A DNA stretch of 62,918 bases, the filler included, from Octopus bimaculoides (Eukaryota): NCBI RefSeq assembly GCF_001194135.2. It is 6 parts of 6 records of this genome, joined end to end, with 100 filler letters (N's around TTAATTAATTAA, not from the genome) between each part and the next. Parts side by side here need not be neighbours in the genome. Positions count along the whole stretch, not along the records: positions 3,477 to 21,211 come from NC_068995.1; positions 21,312 to 24,186 come from NC_068987.1; positions 24,287 to 48,473 come from NC_068994.1; 3 more parts are not named here. The stretch is one strand, 5' to 3'. The notes beneath the pieces were generated by a model. That model saw nothing but the letters and a program-made list of their open reading frames with translations. It searched no databases and was not told the DNA's origin. How positions within the stretch are numbered: the stretch's first letter is position 1; the number at the start of each line of letters is the position of its first letter. The translations under genes were made by a program, and so were the position numbers. Below are positions 14,226-26,698 of the stretch, one piece after another.

Positions 14226-14389
14226 NNNNNNNNNNNNNNNNNNNNNNNNNNNNNNNNNNNNNNNNNNNNNNNNNNNNNNNNNNNNNNNNNNNNNNNNNNN
14301 NNNNNNNNNNNNNNNNNNNNNNNNNNNNNNNNNNNNNNNNNNNNNNNNNNNNNNNNNNNNNNNNNNNNNNNNNNNNNNAATATAAACTA

Positions 14390-15595
14390 TACTGTTCTGC
14401 ATTTTCTACAATGCTCTTCCATCTATCTAGTAGACTTGCAAAGCTCCTCTTCCAAAATTCATTTGCCCGCAATGTAAAATATTCTTCTAGTACTGTTCTA
14501 ACCTCATCTACAGAATTCAAATTTTTTCCATCCAAATATGATTTTGAAGACTGCAGATTAAATAATAATCAGATGGGGCAATGTCTGGTGAGTGTGGTGG
14601 GTGGGGCATCATTTCCCATTCAAACTGCTCCAGCCTTTGGAATGTCATCTTCGCTATATGTGGCCGAGCACTATCCTAATGGAAGAACACCTTTTGTCTT
14701 GAAACTAATGATGGTCATTTTCCTTCTAGTGCTGACTTAAGCCGCTCAAGCTGCTTGCAGTAGATCTCCTTTGTTATCATTTGGTTTGGGTTTAAAAGTT
14801 CAAAGTAGACTAAACCTTTCATATCCCACCAAACAAATAACAACACCTAACATGGGTGAAGACCATCTTTAGCCTGGAGTGCCGGTGTTTCTCCTTTTCC
14901 TACATACTATCTTTGGTGGTTGACAATTTTTATAGAGAACCCATTTCTCGTCACCAGTCACTATTTAGTCCCCAAAAATTTCATTTGTGAGATGTGACAA
15001 CAAAGAAGAGCACACATTCATGTTGTGTGTGTGATTAGACTCGGAAAGTTCATGAGGAACCCACTGACCCGATTTGCTGACTTTTCTGATGGCACGCAGG
15101 TGTTAGTGAATAATTGAATGACCAAATCCAAACTTCTCTGCTAGTTCCTCAACACTTACAATAGGATTTTGTTCCACCAGGGTTTGCAGGATGTCCTTGT
15201 CAAGCTCAACAGATTTTCCAGGATGAGACTTGTCTACTAGGCTGTAGTTTCCAGCTCAAAATTTCTGGAACCACCATTGACACTGGCTAACACTTAATGT
15301 CTGATCCCTATATACTGAATTAATATTCCTCACACTTTCCATTGTGTTGTTGCTTTTATTGAACTCATAAAACAAAATATGCCAAATATGCTCCTTTACC
15401 ACTTCCATTAGAGCTTTGGAAAAAATAACTGTTAAAATCTAACTGCCCTCCTCAACATTTGTACTAAGAACAAATACAAGGTAAAATTACTACCTGCTTT
15501 TACAGCAAGTTGATGCAGGTAGTTTATTCCATCCCCCTACAACTTTTAGTTTATGCAATTGAAAAAACTGCATTATTTATGGGACGATCCACTAT
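14390..15595 (-). mobile_element. Mariner (Mos1/SETMAR-type) transposon, decayed
   Basis: N-terminus MEVVKEHIWHILFYEF...WWFQKF and C-terminus PSDYY...LLDRWKSIVEN; TIR-like end near 15570-15595. Confidence 0.85.
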
Positions 15596-15619
15596 ATGTG
15601 TGTGTGTATTTATCACTGT

Positions 15620-16600
15620 TAGTTTGGCGTTACTTGTTGACCACAGCTGATAGTAGTAATCCAGGCAGCTGAGAAGAAAGGATCAACATGTCTTCCTGCT
15701 CTCTTGAACTGAAGGACCTTCATATACATCCTGCTATTGAATGCACTTTGTTGCCATCTTGGTAATGTACAAATGAAATTATGCATCTTCAAGCCTCTCA
15801 ATGCCTGTGACTCTGGGAGTGCAGTGTCAGCAGGCCCTGTATAAGCAAGCTGTAATGCATTTGTGAGCTGATAGTGTAGTGCTTCAAATTGTTTAGCATT
15901 AAACTGCATGCTATTTACCTCAACCCACTTGTATATTGCATTCAGGACCTGCTGCATACAATCTTGTGACATTGTCAGGGTTCTATACAGCCTGTGATAA
16001 TTTTGTTTCATCAGTATAGCTAGTGACTGCCTGAGTACCATGGGCACATCTAAGAGAGCTATTATGAACAATAATGGCCCAAAGACAGTTCCCTGGAGGA
16101 CAGCACTCAGAATTTGTGTTTCTTTAGGGAGGGCACTATTGGCTGCAACTTCTGTTAGGAAGTCATGCAGCTACTCTCTCAGTATACCAGCTATACCAAG
16201 GTCTTGCAGTTTGTGACATATCATGCCATGATCCACCTGATCAAAGGCCTCTGTGAAATCAAGATATATCACATTGACATCTGAATGGTCAAGCAGCTGT
16301 TTCAAGACCTGTGTGAGGCAGCTTTTCCCTGGAAAGAAGCTATGCTGTGCATTGTTCAATAAGTCAGTCATTTTCTTCTAGGAATGTTATGAGATTCTTT
16401 CTGATGGTTCATTCCATGACTTTGTTAACGTGTGAAGTCACAGAGATTGGCCTGTAGATTTTAGCCTCTGCTCTACTCCCACTTTCTTTCAGCTTTTTAG
16501 TAAGCTTACCACTTGCAAGGGAACACTGGAAAAGTATCTGAAATGGTTTTGATAAAGCCTGCTTACATGACTTCAAGAGCATAGCTGGGAAGTCATCAGC
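15620..16600 (-). mobile_element. CR1/L2-group LINE RT fragment
   Basis: QHSFFPGKSCLTQ...IYLDFTEAFDQVDH and SMQFNAKQFEAL. Confidence 0.8.
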
Positions 16601-16867
16601 TGCTCATTTTATCTTTGGCTACTGCTGTTATATTTGTCTCTTCAATGTCAATGTAAACAATGGTTGCTACCTTTGTTTGTGTTGTATAGTGAATTCTCTT
16701 CTGACTGTACGATATACAGCATACACAGGTTTGTGTATTTCCAGATCTATTATAATAGAGGTAAGATATGTCTCTGTAAACACCATGCAAATTGCTTGAT
16801 TGCATAAATAAAGTATTTAATAGTCTGGGAAACGAAAGGGATTAAAATAATATATTACTAGTAAGAT

Positions 16868-17100
16868 TTATTTTTTTAAATATTTAAAGGTGCGAGAGTA
16901 ACAATGTACACATAGAACTCTACGGTCAGATCTATTGTTAATTAGATTAGGATTATCCTTAAGTTTAAAAATTTCATAAATTTCCATTGAGCACAGTTCA
17001 CAATTGTATCTACTATTTCTATAGGGTTGTGCCCTCCTGAAGATTTCCCATTTAAGGTTAAAAATCAATACCATTTTCCTTCAATTTCCAAATTTTACTA
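16868..17100 (-). mobile_element. Penelope-like element remnant, endonuclease C-terminus
   Basis: ORF reads LKWEIFRRAQPYRNSRYNCELCSMEIYEIFKLKDNPNLINNRSDRRVLCVH. Confidence 0.75.
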
Positions 17101-17157
17101 GATAATGATGTGCTCACCAAATCTCTTGATTTTATTTTTGGATTTTACCCTACCAAT

Positions 17158-18650
17158 GTTTCAGCTTTAAAGCTGCAGTCATGCTGGAGCACCACCGTTG
17201 ACTGAGCTACACCATTATTTTGAACCACTTGTAATATGTGGCATTGGATCAATGAGAGAGTTTGATGCTGCTACCCTCATCTGTGTTTCTTGCCATGAGG
17301 TAGGCTTGTCTGGAACCTCTAATAGGAAGAGATCCAGTTTTGTTTTAAAGACACCCACATGCACACCATGCAGGTCTCTCAGACATTTTGGAAGGATATT
17401 AAAGAGCTGTGTGCCCCTGAAGCCCAAGCTGTTGCAGTATCTGGTCCTGTATTTTGATAGCGATGTTGGGATCTTTGGCACTATGCAGTGGCACCCTGTT
17501 CTGTAGTCTGAATAACTTTCAATGCCAAAGTTTGGTACGAGGCCTTGTAGGATTTTCCACATGTATATCACTGTATATCTCTCCCATCTTCATTTCAGAG
17601 AGAAGAGTTTTAGTTCTTTAAGTCTTTCCCTGTAGTTGACATTGAGACGATTTTCTTGGTGTAGCTTCGTTGGATTGCTTCGAGTTCCGCAGTTGATTTT
17701 TTATTGTGTGGAGACCATAGTTGGGAGCAATAGTCTAATCGGCTGAGTACGTATGTCCTCCAGTGGATTATCAATGTCTCCTTTTCTCTTATTTTGAAAG
17801 TTTGGAGGATCCAGCCAGTCAGCCGTCTGCATTTTATTACCAAATTGGTAATATCCACCTGGAAAGATGCATCATTGCTCATGTCAATGCCCACGTCACG
17901 CACTGATTTTGATTCAGGGATTTCAATTCCTCCTGGGCCAGTGTATCCTGTCTGCATGTTGTTTAGCTTCGTGTGTTGGTAGCGTAGGGCCTGGAATTTT
18001 CCTTCATTAAACTGCGTGTTGTTGTCCTCAGTTCACCTGTATATTGCATCCAACTCCCTTTGCAGGTGTGGAATATTTCCAGGATTTTGTATTGTCTGAG
18101 AGACTTTTGTGTCATCTGTATAGCTAGCAAGGGTGGCTATCTGAGCAGCCAAGGGCATGTCTGAGAGGGTCACTATGAACAGCAATGGCCCCATGACAGT
18201 GCCCTGTGGAACACCACTTGCTATTTGTGTTTCCTTGGAGGTGGTTCCATTGGCCACTACTACCTGATGTCTATCATTTAGAAAGTTGTGCAGCCATTCT
18301 CCTATTTTTCTGCATATGCCAAGATCACGCAGTTTGTGACATATCATACCATGGTCAACTTTGTCAAAGGCTTTTGCAAAGTCAAGATATATCACAGCTA
18401 CGCTTGAGTCATTCAGCAGCTGTTTTAATACCCAGTCATAGTGTTGCAGGAACTGTGTCAGACAGCTTCTACCTGGACGAAATCCATGCTGGGTGTCAGT
18501 CAGTAAGTCATTTTCTTCTAGGAACGTGATTAGTTTGTTGCGGACTATTTGTTCCATGACTTTACTGATATGTGATGTCAGAGAGATAGGCTTATAATTT
18601 TTAGCATCTGGTCTACTTCCTCCCTTATGGATAGGGCATATTATCCCAAC
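17158..18650 (-). mobile_element. CR1/L2-group LINE, RT through intact 3' end
   Basis: QHGFRPGRSC, YLDFAKAFDKVDH, SGVPQGT, YTDD, RLDYCSQLWSP and LFNILP...FKTKLD. Stop at 17215 followed by a short 3'UTR stem-loop. Confidence 0.92.
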
Positions 18651-18733
18651 TTTTATTTTTACTGTATTCTTATTTTTATTTCTATTTTATTTTTATTTTT
18701 ATTTTTTACTTTATATTTGTGTTGAATTTTTGT

Positions 18734-18839
18734 GAATCTCTGAAGAGGCCTAGCGAATCATGCATGTACCCCCATTTCAGTATTTCATCTGCTAATTACT
18801 CCGGCATGCCAATGCTAGGCTGAAACACCTTTAAGTTTC
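18734..18839 (+). ncRNA. Candidate degenerate hammerhead with long stem II
   Basis: GAATCT-CTGAAGA-GGCCTAGC...GCTAGGCT-GAAAC-acctt-TA-AGTTTC. Stem II is 8 bp, stem I pairs 5 of 6, stem III is weak. Confidence 0.4.
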
Positions 18840-19208
18840 TGTTTATTCTCAAATTCCTAATGTACTTTATATTTGTAACCTCGATTGTTAATATAACATG
18901 GTATGTCATAAGCATTTGTATTTTGGGGGTTTTGTCATTTTAGTTACAAAATAAGTTACTTAATTCAACGGAATACACTGTCTGCAAGTCGTTGGGTACC
19001 GCATATTCTNNNNNNNNNNNNNNNNNNNNNNNNNNNNNNNNNNNNNNNNNNNNNNNNNNNNNNNNNNNNNNNNNNNNNNNNNNNNNNNNNNNNNNNNNNN
19101 NNNNNNNNNGTCCTTTATAACCTTCGAACAGGGGAGGTCAGCAGCTTCCCCTTGCTAGTCTGGCATCTGCAGACTAGACTATCCCTATTTTGCAGAGAAA
19201 AGTGTAGG

Positions 19209-19284
19209 TGGCTAGCTGTGGACTCAAACTCACATCCCAGTGATTACATGTCACGATGCTTTGACCAATTAAGCTAAACTACCC
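19209..19284 (-). pseudogene. tRNA-Thr(TGT)-like pseudogene or SINE head
   Basis: D-arm tttagcttaattggtcaaagc, anticodon loop CA-TGT-AA, degenerate T arm (TTTGA) and a mismatched acceptor stem. Confidence 0.45.
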
Positions 19285-20059
19285 ACTACAAATTCCTCTG
19301 NNNNNNNNNNTGTCACGATGCTTTGACCAATTAAGCTAAACTACCCACTACAAATTCCTCTGCAAATTAAGATATATAAATCTCGCTTTATGAGACGGTC
19401 ACATATGTTAAATTCAAATTACGATGCAATATCCAGACTAACTATGCATATTATAAAGCATGGAATATTGTATCTCTTCAGGGTCAGATTAATTCATAGC
19501 AGACAGTAAAAAACAGACAACATTCATAGTTGTCCTAAAATTACATGTGTATAAACAAGTTGAAAAGACATGAAACATATTGAAACTGTATAGCATATCA
19601 GTCTTGAAACCATTAGAAAGCAGAGCAAGTGAGAAGTGTTGTTAAGTTATGATATTAGCCTATGAAGTTTAGTAGCGAACGAGTAAGGGACGCTATCATT
19701 TTCATAAAAAATCGTTGGACTTATGAAAGTAAATCAAACAAAGAAAGAAGAAAAAAAATAAACTGCTAGATATTAAAAATATTTAAAAAATATATTTTTA
19801 CAAGTTAATGGTCAAAGAGAGGTAAATCTAATAAATAATGCTTAAGTATAATGTAATATAATCTCCTCAGATGTACATAATCTAAACAAAACATTATATT
19901 AAATTAAGATTTAGAACAGTAATGAGACTTTATATGGTTATGTAAACGAGATAGATTAGAGAAAATAAATTGTAAAAAATGAGAAATAAGTAAAAGAAAA
20001 TATATAAATTAGGTTACATTCATATTGCTGTTATCAAAATTATAAATAATGAATAAGAA

Positions 20060-21018
20060 TAAAAATAAGTGAAATGAATTAGGATACATTCAAATAGCAG
20101 CTAACAAATTTAAAGAAAAATTAAATTAATTACCTTAGTAATGGGGTTTAAATATTAAGAGTAATATCAAAGAAGTAATGGATTTAATCAATAGCGCAAA
20201 ATAAGTAAACAAATATTATGGTGTAAACGTAAATGCCTCACATATAAAAAACATAACTGAAAAATTAAGTAATCTTTTTGATGTTAAGTAACTAGCTGAA
20301 AAAAGACACCATTATATCAAATAATTCAATAGATACTTATGAACAAAAATTCTTTCAAATTCGAACTATATTATGATAAAGAAATAATGGATTCAGAGCT
20401 AACCAGGTAAGACTTAAATTCATGGTCAAAGAGAGGTAAATCTAGAAAATTAATAAATATGTGCGTTTTTAGAGTATCTAAATGAATGAGTCCATGTTAT
20501 AGATCCTATCACATTGTTATATTGATTATGATTTTTAAAAATTTTATAATCTTATAGAGACCAATAAAGGATATGTAATCAAGATAAATAAGAGATTATA
20601 AATTTCAAAATTACAAAGTGAAACAAAATTAAGTTACACTCAAATAGGAACCATATAAATTTAATCTTAATTATACATTAAAACTAGCAAATTAATATAT
20701 ATGTGTTTATAGAGAATCTAATTGAATCAGTCAATGTTATTGATCCTATCACATTGTTATATTGATTACTAGCAGTATAAAAATAAGTGAAATGAATTAG
20801 GATACATTCAAATAGCAGCTAACAAATTTAAAGAAAAATTAAATTAATTACCTTAGTAATGGGGTTTAAATATTAAGAGTAATATCAAAGCAGTAATGGA
20901 TTTAATCGATAGTGCAAAAAAAGTAAACAAATATTATGGTGTAAACGTAAATGCCTCACATATAAAAAATATAACTAAAAAATTAAGTAATCTTTTTGAT
21001 GTAAAATAACTAGCTGAA
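20060..21018 (+). repeat. ~240-bp AT-rich direct repeat (20060-20300 and 20778-21018) with nested shorter repeats
   Basis: Aligned by eye with few substitutions. Confidence 0.88.
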
Positions 21019-21664
21019 GTAACTTTGCTCGGGATTAAGTTGGGATTATTAAGCTAATCAAGTTCTTTATTTCAAACCAAACTAAGTAATATGACGTCAA
21101 ATTTGGGCAGAATCAGTGTTGCAACTGGAGCGCATGGGGGTTGGGAGTTTGATCGGCAGAGGTGATCAGGTTACACATGCCATCCCCTTGAAAACACCAC
21201 CGCCATCATCTNNNNNNNNNNNNNNNNNNNNNNNNNNNNNNNNNNNNNNNNNNNNTTAATTAATTAANNNNNNNNNNNNNNNNNNNNNNNNNNNNNNNNN
21301 NNNNNNNNNNNTTCCCTTCATCGGAGACAGAAAAAATAAAGTAATCTATTATTATATCCATAGGCGGATATTTTTAGTATGAAGTGGTACAGTGTGTGAT
21401 ATGCTGAAAAAAGAGAGAACAGTACTTGAAGTGTAGTTTCATTCCAGTGGTAAATATCCGTGTAGAAATTCGTGCAAATTAATCCTTGTGTGAATAATCC
21501 TGAAATTTATGTTGGAACGAGAGTTGATATAGCTTAGGTAGCAGAGGTATATATATTCCATCTTGCAATAGATTTTTGCTTGTATAACTAATCGGTATAC
21601 AGCACTTACTCGGTATTACCTGTATCCTCCGGGGTTTGGTTAAATCAAATACCCACCTCAACCT

Positions 21665-21699
<35 letters not shown>

Positions 21700-21748
21700 G
21701 TATGCTCGTCAACACACACGCGCACTCTCTCTCTCTCTCTCTCTCTCC

Positions 21749-21798
<50 letters not shown>

Positions 21799-21913
21799 CA
21801 GTAGTACCTTGGATTTCGAACAACTGATCACGAATAAATCGTGCTTTATAAACATCTACATAAATATACATGTATATCGCGATCAGAGTTGTTCGAAAAC
21901 CGAGGGACTACTG
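21799..21913. mobile_element. 115-bp Tigger-type MITE with TA target-site duplication
   Basis: TA|cagtagtaccttggatttcgaacaact ... agttgttcgaaaaccgagggactactg|TA, with ~27-bp imperfect TIRs. Confidence 0.8.
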
Positions 21914-23992
21914 TACATACATACATACATACATACACCCAGAGTTATGTATCTCTTCTACTTTTTCTATTCCTTGCTCTTCCTTTCTTTCCCTGTCTTC
22001 ACTTTAGCCCTTCTTTTCCAAATCTCCCCCTTTCCTGTTTATCACTCTTCCACTTACATTATTTATACTTACACTTATTGCCTCTCTTTGCTCTCCTATC
22101 CATGCCCGCACCATTCCATTAGTGTTCTGCTTGGTCACAACTAAGAAGTGACTCTTACGAACGTAGCATTAATTTTCTAGGTCGTTCAGGTTTTCTCACC
22201 CTGTCAATGAGCCGATTGAGTAAACGTTTCAATAACGAACCTACAATGACTACTGGAAACAGATGTAAGTCAAATTCACTACAATAAAGAATATGAAATG
22301 TCCATTATTTATGCCTTACTTTATATGGAAAGCAGTTCTCAGTCTTCTCATTAATGGTGCGAAGCTGAGTAATACCATCTGGTGGATAACTGATGAAGAA
22401 TTAGGGACTTCCTGTGTTTGTCACCCGACCGGTGGTACCTTCAGTATACGTTATACGCTACACAATGGACCACAGCTTTTATTAACAGTAAGTTTCATAT
22501 ATCCATGCGACTCTATTTTTAACCTTCTCTCTTTCTCTTTTTTTTTTTGTCTCTCTTGTCCTCTTACTTCTATTTTTAGCCTTTCTCTTTTCCCCCTCCT
22601 CTCTTCCCTTGTTTTCTCCCTGTCGCTCTCCGCTTCCCTCACTCTTGCACTCTTTCTCCTCTGCCTGCTGCTGACACATGATCCGTGGCCAGCCTTTCTG
22701 TCTTTCTCTCCCTTTGTGACACCTGTTGCGTAGCTGACTGGTCCTAAATTTACTGTGTTCCACTGTTTACTATTCGCTATTTTGTAATGCTTTAGGATGC
22801 CTTCTAAGTGTTACCCACCATTCTTGTCTTTTTGGCCCTGAGGCTATATTTTGCTCGTTTCTTATTTATTTTGTCTTTGTCGATCAGCTTAAATTATATT
22901 TATTCACTTTCGTATGTCCAATCTGTACTGTTCCGTTTGCTCTCGGCTCTATATTCTCCGCAACTTTCGCGGGCACCGCCAACATGGTAAGTTCTCAGTC
23001 TTATCATTAATGATGCGAAACTGAGTAATACCACCTGCTTGATAAATGATGAAGGATTAGGGACCTTCTGTGTCTATCTCCCGCACTCAGTATGTGTTAT
23101 ACGATTTTTACCTGTCGTTTGCTTTCACAATACATTTTTTCGTATATATATATANNNNNNNNNNNNNNNNNNNNNNNNNNNNNNNNNNNNNNNNNNNNNN
23201 NNNNNNNNNNNNNNNNNNNNNNNNNNNNNNNNNNNNNNNNNNNNNNNNNNNNNNTATACATATATATATATATAGTTACCTAAGTTGCATGAGCTCTATA
23301 CGAACCCCGACGAAGTCCTACCACCATATAGTTGGAACATGTCAACTTTCTTAGCATTGAGCAAAATGCTTTGAAACTCCCATCAACTACATGATAGGCC
23401 TGAAACATATGTAGCTTTTTTTTTCTTTCTAATCTTAATTTATTTTTCTTTGAGCTTTAAACTTCTAATCAATATATTTGTACTGTCATTTTTTTTTTAA
23501 TATTATCTTTTGTAACATACAAATAAATTAGTAATTACAGCCATTTATTCTCTATTACTTCTTGTCCCCCCTCCCCTATATATATATCACTCATTTGGTG
23601 AACAGTGGATCTCGGAGCAGATTAAGCTATAATACAATAACATGCAAATATTGAGAATACTTTTCGATAGGTAAATTCCCGTGATCTCAATCTTATAAAT
23701 GTGTGTATATCTACATGAAAATGCGTATATGTATGTGTGTACAAGTTTGTTGAGTGTTCCACTGTTGAATTAATAGAGCAAACTGATCATTGAATAAATC
23801 TGTCTCTAGGTATTCTGCAAATGCGTTTGCTGTGAACGTAATTCTCCGGATGAATTGGCCTGATACAGTATGGTGTGACAATTCACAAGACGTTTGAAAA
23901 AGCATGAGGAAAATGCGTCACAAATTGAACTCGGAACTGAACCTCATCACCAAACCAACTTCTTAATCACTCGACCACCTCTCCTCAACTCT

Positions 23993-24150
23993 GGAGTGGC
24001 TGTGTGGTAAGTAGCTTGCTTACCAACCACATGGTTCCAGGTTCATTCCCATTGCGTGTCACCTTGGGTAAGTGTCTTCTACTATAGCCTCGGGCCGACC
24101 AAAGCCTTGTGAGTGGATTTGGTAGACGGAAACTGAAAGAAGCCTGTCGT
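23993..24150 (+). mobile_element. tRNA/CORE-type SINE
   Basis: ggagtggctgtgtggtaag head, CORE-like caccttgggtaagtgtcttctactatagcc, then (TA)n. Related copies at 34505-34620, 40905-41070 (+) and 41225-41340, 35440-35560 (-). Confidence 0.8.
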
Positions 24151-24151
24151 A

Positions 24152-24186
<35 letters not shown>

Positions 24187-24378
24187 NNNNNNNNNNNNNN
24201 NNNNNNNNNNNNNNNNNNNNNNNNNNNNNNTTAATTAATTAANNNNNNNNNNNNNNNNNNNNNNNNNNNNNNNNNNNNNNNNNNNNGTGGTGGTGGTGGT
24301 GGGCATGACAGGCATGGAGGTGGGTGTGGTGATGTTAAATTAGAATGTGATTGTGTACATCACTAGATGACACACACA

Positions 24379-24432
24379 ATGTAATTAAGAAAGCAATTCT
24401 AATTATAATTAGAATTGCTTTCTTAATTACAT
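24379..24432. repeat. Perfect 54-bp loopless palindrome
   Basis: atgtaattaagaaagcaattctaatta|taattagaattgctttcttaattacat. Confidence 0.95.
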
Positions 24433-26698
24433 CGTGTGTGTTTGTGTCTCTCTTTACTACTTTTCTGTGTTTTGTTCTCTCCTACCACCCCTCTTGTAGA
24501 GATAAATTATTTAAAAGGAAATAAATTTTTAGTCTGTCTGTAAGTCCCCCTCGCAACCCTGCTCCATTTTATATCTCTAAATCCTTCTTCCGTTCTCTCC
24601 TTGCATACATTTCTAGCCATGTATAATCACATTCAGTTTCATCAATCACCACAAACCAATGAGTGACTCTTCACTTCCTTAACCAGTCAAATCATTCAGC
24701 TACACACTTCTCATTAGCAGCTAATTACATATCAATTGCTAAATTAATCAACTCACCCCTTTCCCACTCTCAACGTTCTCACAAATTAAAAAATAGCTAA
24801 TTACATTAATTTGCTTTAATTACTTCAATTGTTTTGTTAACCAATCAAATCACTCCACCAGTCTTGTTAACCAATCAAATCACTCCACCAGTCTGGACGC
24901 CTCCATCTTGCCTGCAACAAACATTTCAAACCAATCAGCAACAACTGACAATTCCAAATCCATCCAAAACTTGATGCAGAAAGAAAACCTCCTAAACACA
25001 TCCAGATTTCACTTTGCTGTCTGAAGAAAAGAAAGAAGAAACGGTGACAGTTGTTTGGCGGGGTTCTTTATCTTGTCATGGTCCCGTTGAGTGTCTGAAG
25101 AAATTGTTTCAGCGTCTGTCCAGATCATCCTCAATCATCTGAACTTTACAGTTCTGATAAAAAAAGCTCTGTGTAATGGCTGAGATGTTTCATCGACAAA
25201 AACGCATTCTACATTAAACTCAAAGGAAACAGTTTCATTTAAGACGTTTCTTAGCCCATTTATTAAAAAAATTATTCCTTTTTCGGTGGGTGGGGAAGTG
25301 TTTCTTTCGTGACCTTCACAGGGCCTCTGAGGTTGATGAAGGAGAAGGAAGAGAAACCTACTGTATAGGTTTCCCTGCAGTTTCCATTTATTTACTTATT
25401 AGCGAGGGAAGCAGCATTAGTTCAAATTAGCAATTTGCATACCATACTTAATGCATAATACTTTAGAAAACCACAAAACTGCAATATTCATCTTGAGAGA
25501 CAACGGTGGATGAAAAGTCTTGAGCAGCAGCGAGGGAATTGCGAAATCTATATTTCTGCTTCCTTCAGCGCCATCTGTAGTAAATATCCACAAGCAACTG
25601 CATGCTTAGACATTATAGACAGAAATTGTGCAGTTTGAACTGTTCTTTCTGCAAGTTAAGGCCGTTGAAACGTTTACAATACGAATGCTAATGCAATGGA
25701 GATAACAATTAAAGACGTCTTTACTCCGTTCAATTACACGAAATAAACATTTCAAGTCTTTCGCCTCACTTGCCGAAGTCTTATCGAAAATGGAGCTGAA
25801 AGATCATTTTCAGCGAAGCGCTTCATAATTGTAAATCCAAAAGTAAAGATCTATGTGCATATCTATATATACGCGTCGCCAAGTTACTCTCCGCCACCTT
25901 CCTCTCCTCTACTTGTTTTTCCCTTCACCACTTGGCCTTCTTTTTCTTTGCTCCCTTCCCTCTTTACCTTCTCTTTGTCTCTCTTTCCTTCTCTTCCTTG
26001 CTCTTTTCCCTGTCCACTTCTTTCTATAATCTTATTTCTTTCCTTACACCGAGATATGTTGGCAATAATTTTATTTTTAAGAATGTTCACTGTTAAATTT
26101 TACCTTCTAACCATTAAGCCATTGACACTCAGTATTTCTTGGCATTTCTCTGGCCAAAGTATAATATATCGGCTACAATATATTATATGCTTCACCAAAT
26201 ATATTGTTTAATAAAATGTATTTGATCAAATATGTTATAAAATATATTTGGAATATAATAGCCAATGATGTCGTAAATTTTATAAAATTATTTTTGGTTG
26301 TATTGAAAAATATTAATGTGAAGTTCAGAGTAACGATAAAAAAGTTAGTTTCTTAATTTTCTCAATCAGAGATTGATAAATCTTTAAACATTCTTCATCC
26401 TGTCTATGGCCATTCCTTTTGACTAACGTCAATTGACTATTGTGAGATACAATTTCGGATTGACAAACTGATCTTAGGATGTCCAGTTGAGAAACTTTCC
26501 ATGAGGCAGCATAGCTTAACAACTGTCTCTGAGAAATGACCGCACATCATCATCATCAAGATGTGTTTCAATGCTGCAAGCCGACGATCAATAATGTTCT
26601 ATCGGTGACCATCCCGTATATTCACACCTATGGTACTTGGAATCAGCCAACATGGGGATATATTGTATGATGTACCGTATTTGCCGGCGCATTGAATG

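Noticed and set aside
16575-16610. CTGATGA on the minus strand
   Set aside because: Part of LINE coding sequence (ADDFPAMLLK), with no hammerhead fold.
25015-25055. CTGAAGA…GAAAC with a 5-bp flanking stem
   Set aside because: No stem II possible (purine run) and the cleavage position would be G.
25332-25375. TGATGA…GAAACCTA/TAGGTTTC hairpin
   Set aside because: Stems I and II are absent; it is a simple hairpin.
25563-25580. CTCF-like AGATGGCGC core
   Set aside because: Flanking positions fit poorly and a single short motif is unsupported.
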